This document shows positions 52,906-53,916 of a DNA stretch of 53,916 nucleotides, piece by piece. A model generated the notes under the pieces. That model did not search any database, was not told the origin of the DNA, and worked only from the letters and a program-made list of their open reading frames with translations. Numbering within the stretch: position 1 is the stretch's first letter; each line of letters begins with the position of its first letter. Both the position numbers and the translations under genes were made by a program. Source of the stretch: Eledone cirrhosa (taxonomy: Eukaryota); assembly GCA_964016885.1 (NCBI GenBank), contig CAXHJY010000805.1, positions 1 to 53,916 on the forward strand, written 5' to 3'.

Positions 52906-53430
52906 ATGCTAAAAGTGAGTACATATCCTTATGTATATTTGTATGTACTATAAAGACCCGCACTATATGCAAATAAGCATCTATATAAATGTATTATTTG
53001 CAAATACCTATATATAAGCTAACAGCTTATTTTGCCTCAGTACCGATGGTGAAAACGTCACTTAAAATGTATAAAGATCCTGAACTACTAGTATTTGGCG
53101 TTCTCATGTGGTTTCTGAAGAAGTTGTAACACGATTAGAGTTTAAAATACCCACAGCGAGTCTTATGTATGTTTATTATACACAAACATATCATCACATG
53201 TACTTATATATATGCCTCGATTTAAAAATTGATATCTACGCCGTGTAAATCTGAATGTTTGATATTTAAGAAGTGAATATATATTATATGTGAAAAAAAC
53301 TTACATTTTTATACATAGATGTAAGCCATACATGGATTTAGACCTTGTCGAGCCCGGGGTATTTCAGGTTTGGGATGCCCTTCACACAAACAAATTAGAA
53401 TACACAGCACCCCTCACACACACACACACA

Positions 53431-53496
<66 letters not shown>

Positions 53497-53916
53497 TAAA
53501 TATCAAAGTTAGCTTGGCGTAAGCAATTGTAATTGAAAAGTTATACATATATGTATTAAATTCAAAATTTCTAACCATCCTAAAACTAAAACTCCCAGCT
53601 GAGCCCCCATCCCTTTGCCCCATATTAAATCTGGCCCTGAGTTAAACATATACTGTGTGTAACAGACAATGTATATATAAATAGAAACACTGTGTAAGAT
53701 TGTATGTAATTTTGACGTACGAGGCCTGAGTTTATGCACTTATAGGTCCATAACTCCTGATTAAGTCGCGGATGTACTATAGTGATATGCGAGGTGTCTT
53801 TGGCATGTTATTAAACCAGACGGAACCCATCTCTTCTCCAGGTTTGAACACAGCTAATTTCTTCCAAAGGAGAGAGAGACAGAGAGGGGCGGGGAAAACG
53901 ATGCAGGGGGAGAAAG

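Overview
Eukaryotic, very AT-rich, microsatellite-saturated DNA; the tRNA-derived SINEs and the (TA)n/(TG)n load suggest an octopus/cephalopod genome (inference). One host gene family is visible: a complete 4-exon minus-strand gene (21963-21820, 20674-20623, 20260-20186, 19497-18998; 256 aa) encoding an N-terminal hydrophobic anchor plus a short-chain collagen C4-like (NC1-type) domain, with no Gly-X-Y repeats. A near-identical tandem paralog starts about 20.2 kb away (exons 1879-1736, 434-383, and 20 onward off the window edge). The rest is mostly mobile DNA: at least five Penelope-like retroelement (PLE) copies (three with the Naiad-type CxCx5Cx5C motif, one similar fragment, one Neptune-like), an R4/Dong RLE-type LINE, a Tx1/L1 LINE, SINEs, hAT and mariner MITEs, a 31-bp minisatellite and a (TACCA)n array. 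The main hidden signal is a dense set of type I hammerhead ribozyme motifs from several unrelated families. They lie in PLE tails, in fold-back palindromes embedded in (TA)n, and in a circularly permuted 530-nt retrozyme-like unit; some have variant cores or very long stem II. All structures were read by eye and no searches or folding programs were run.
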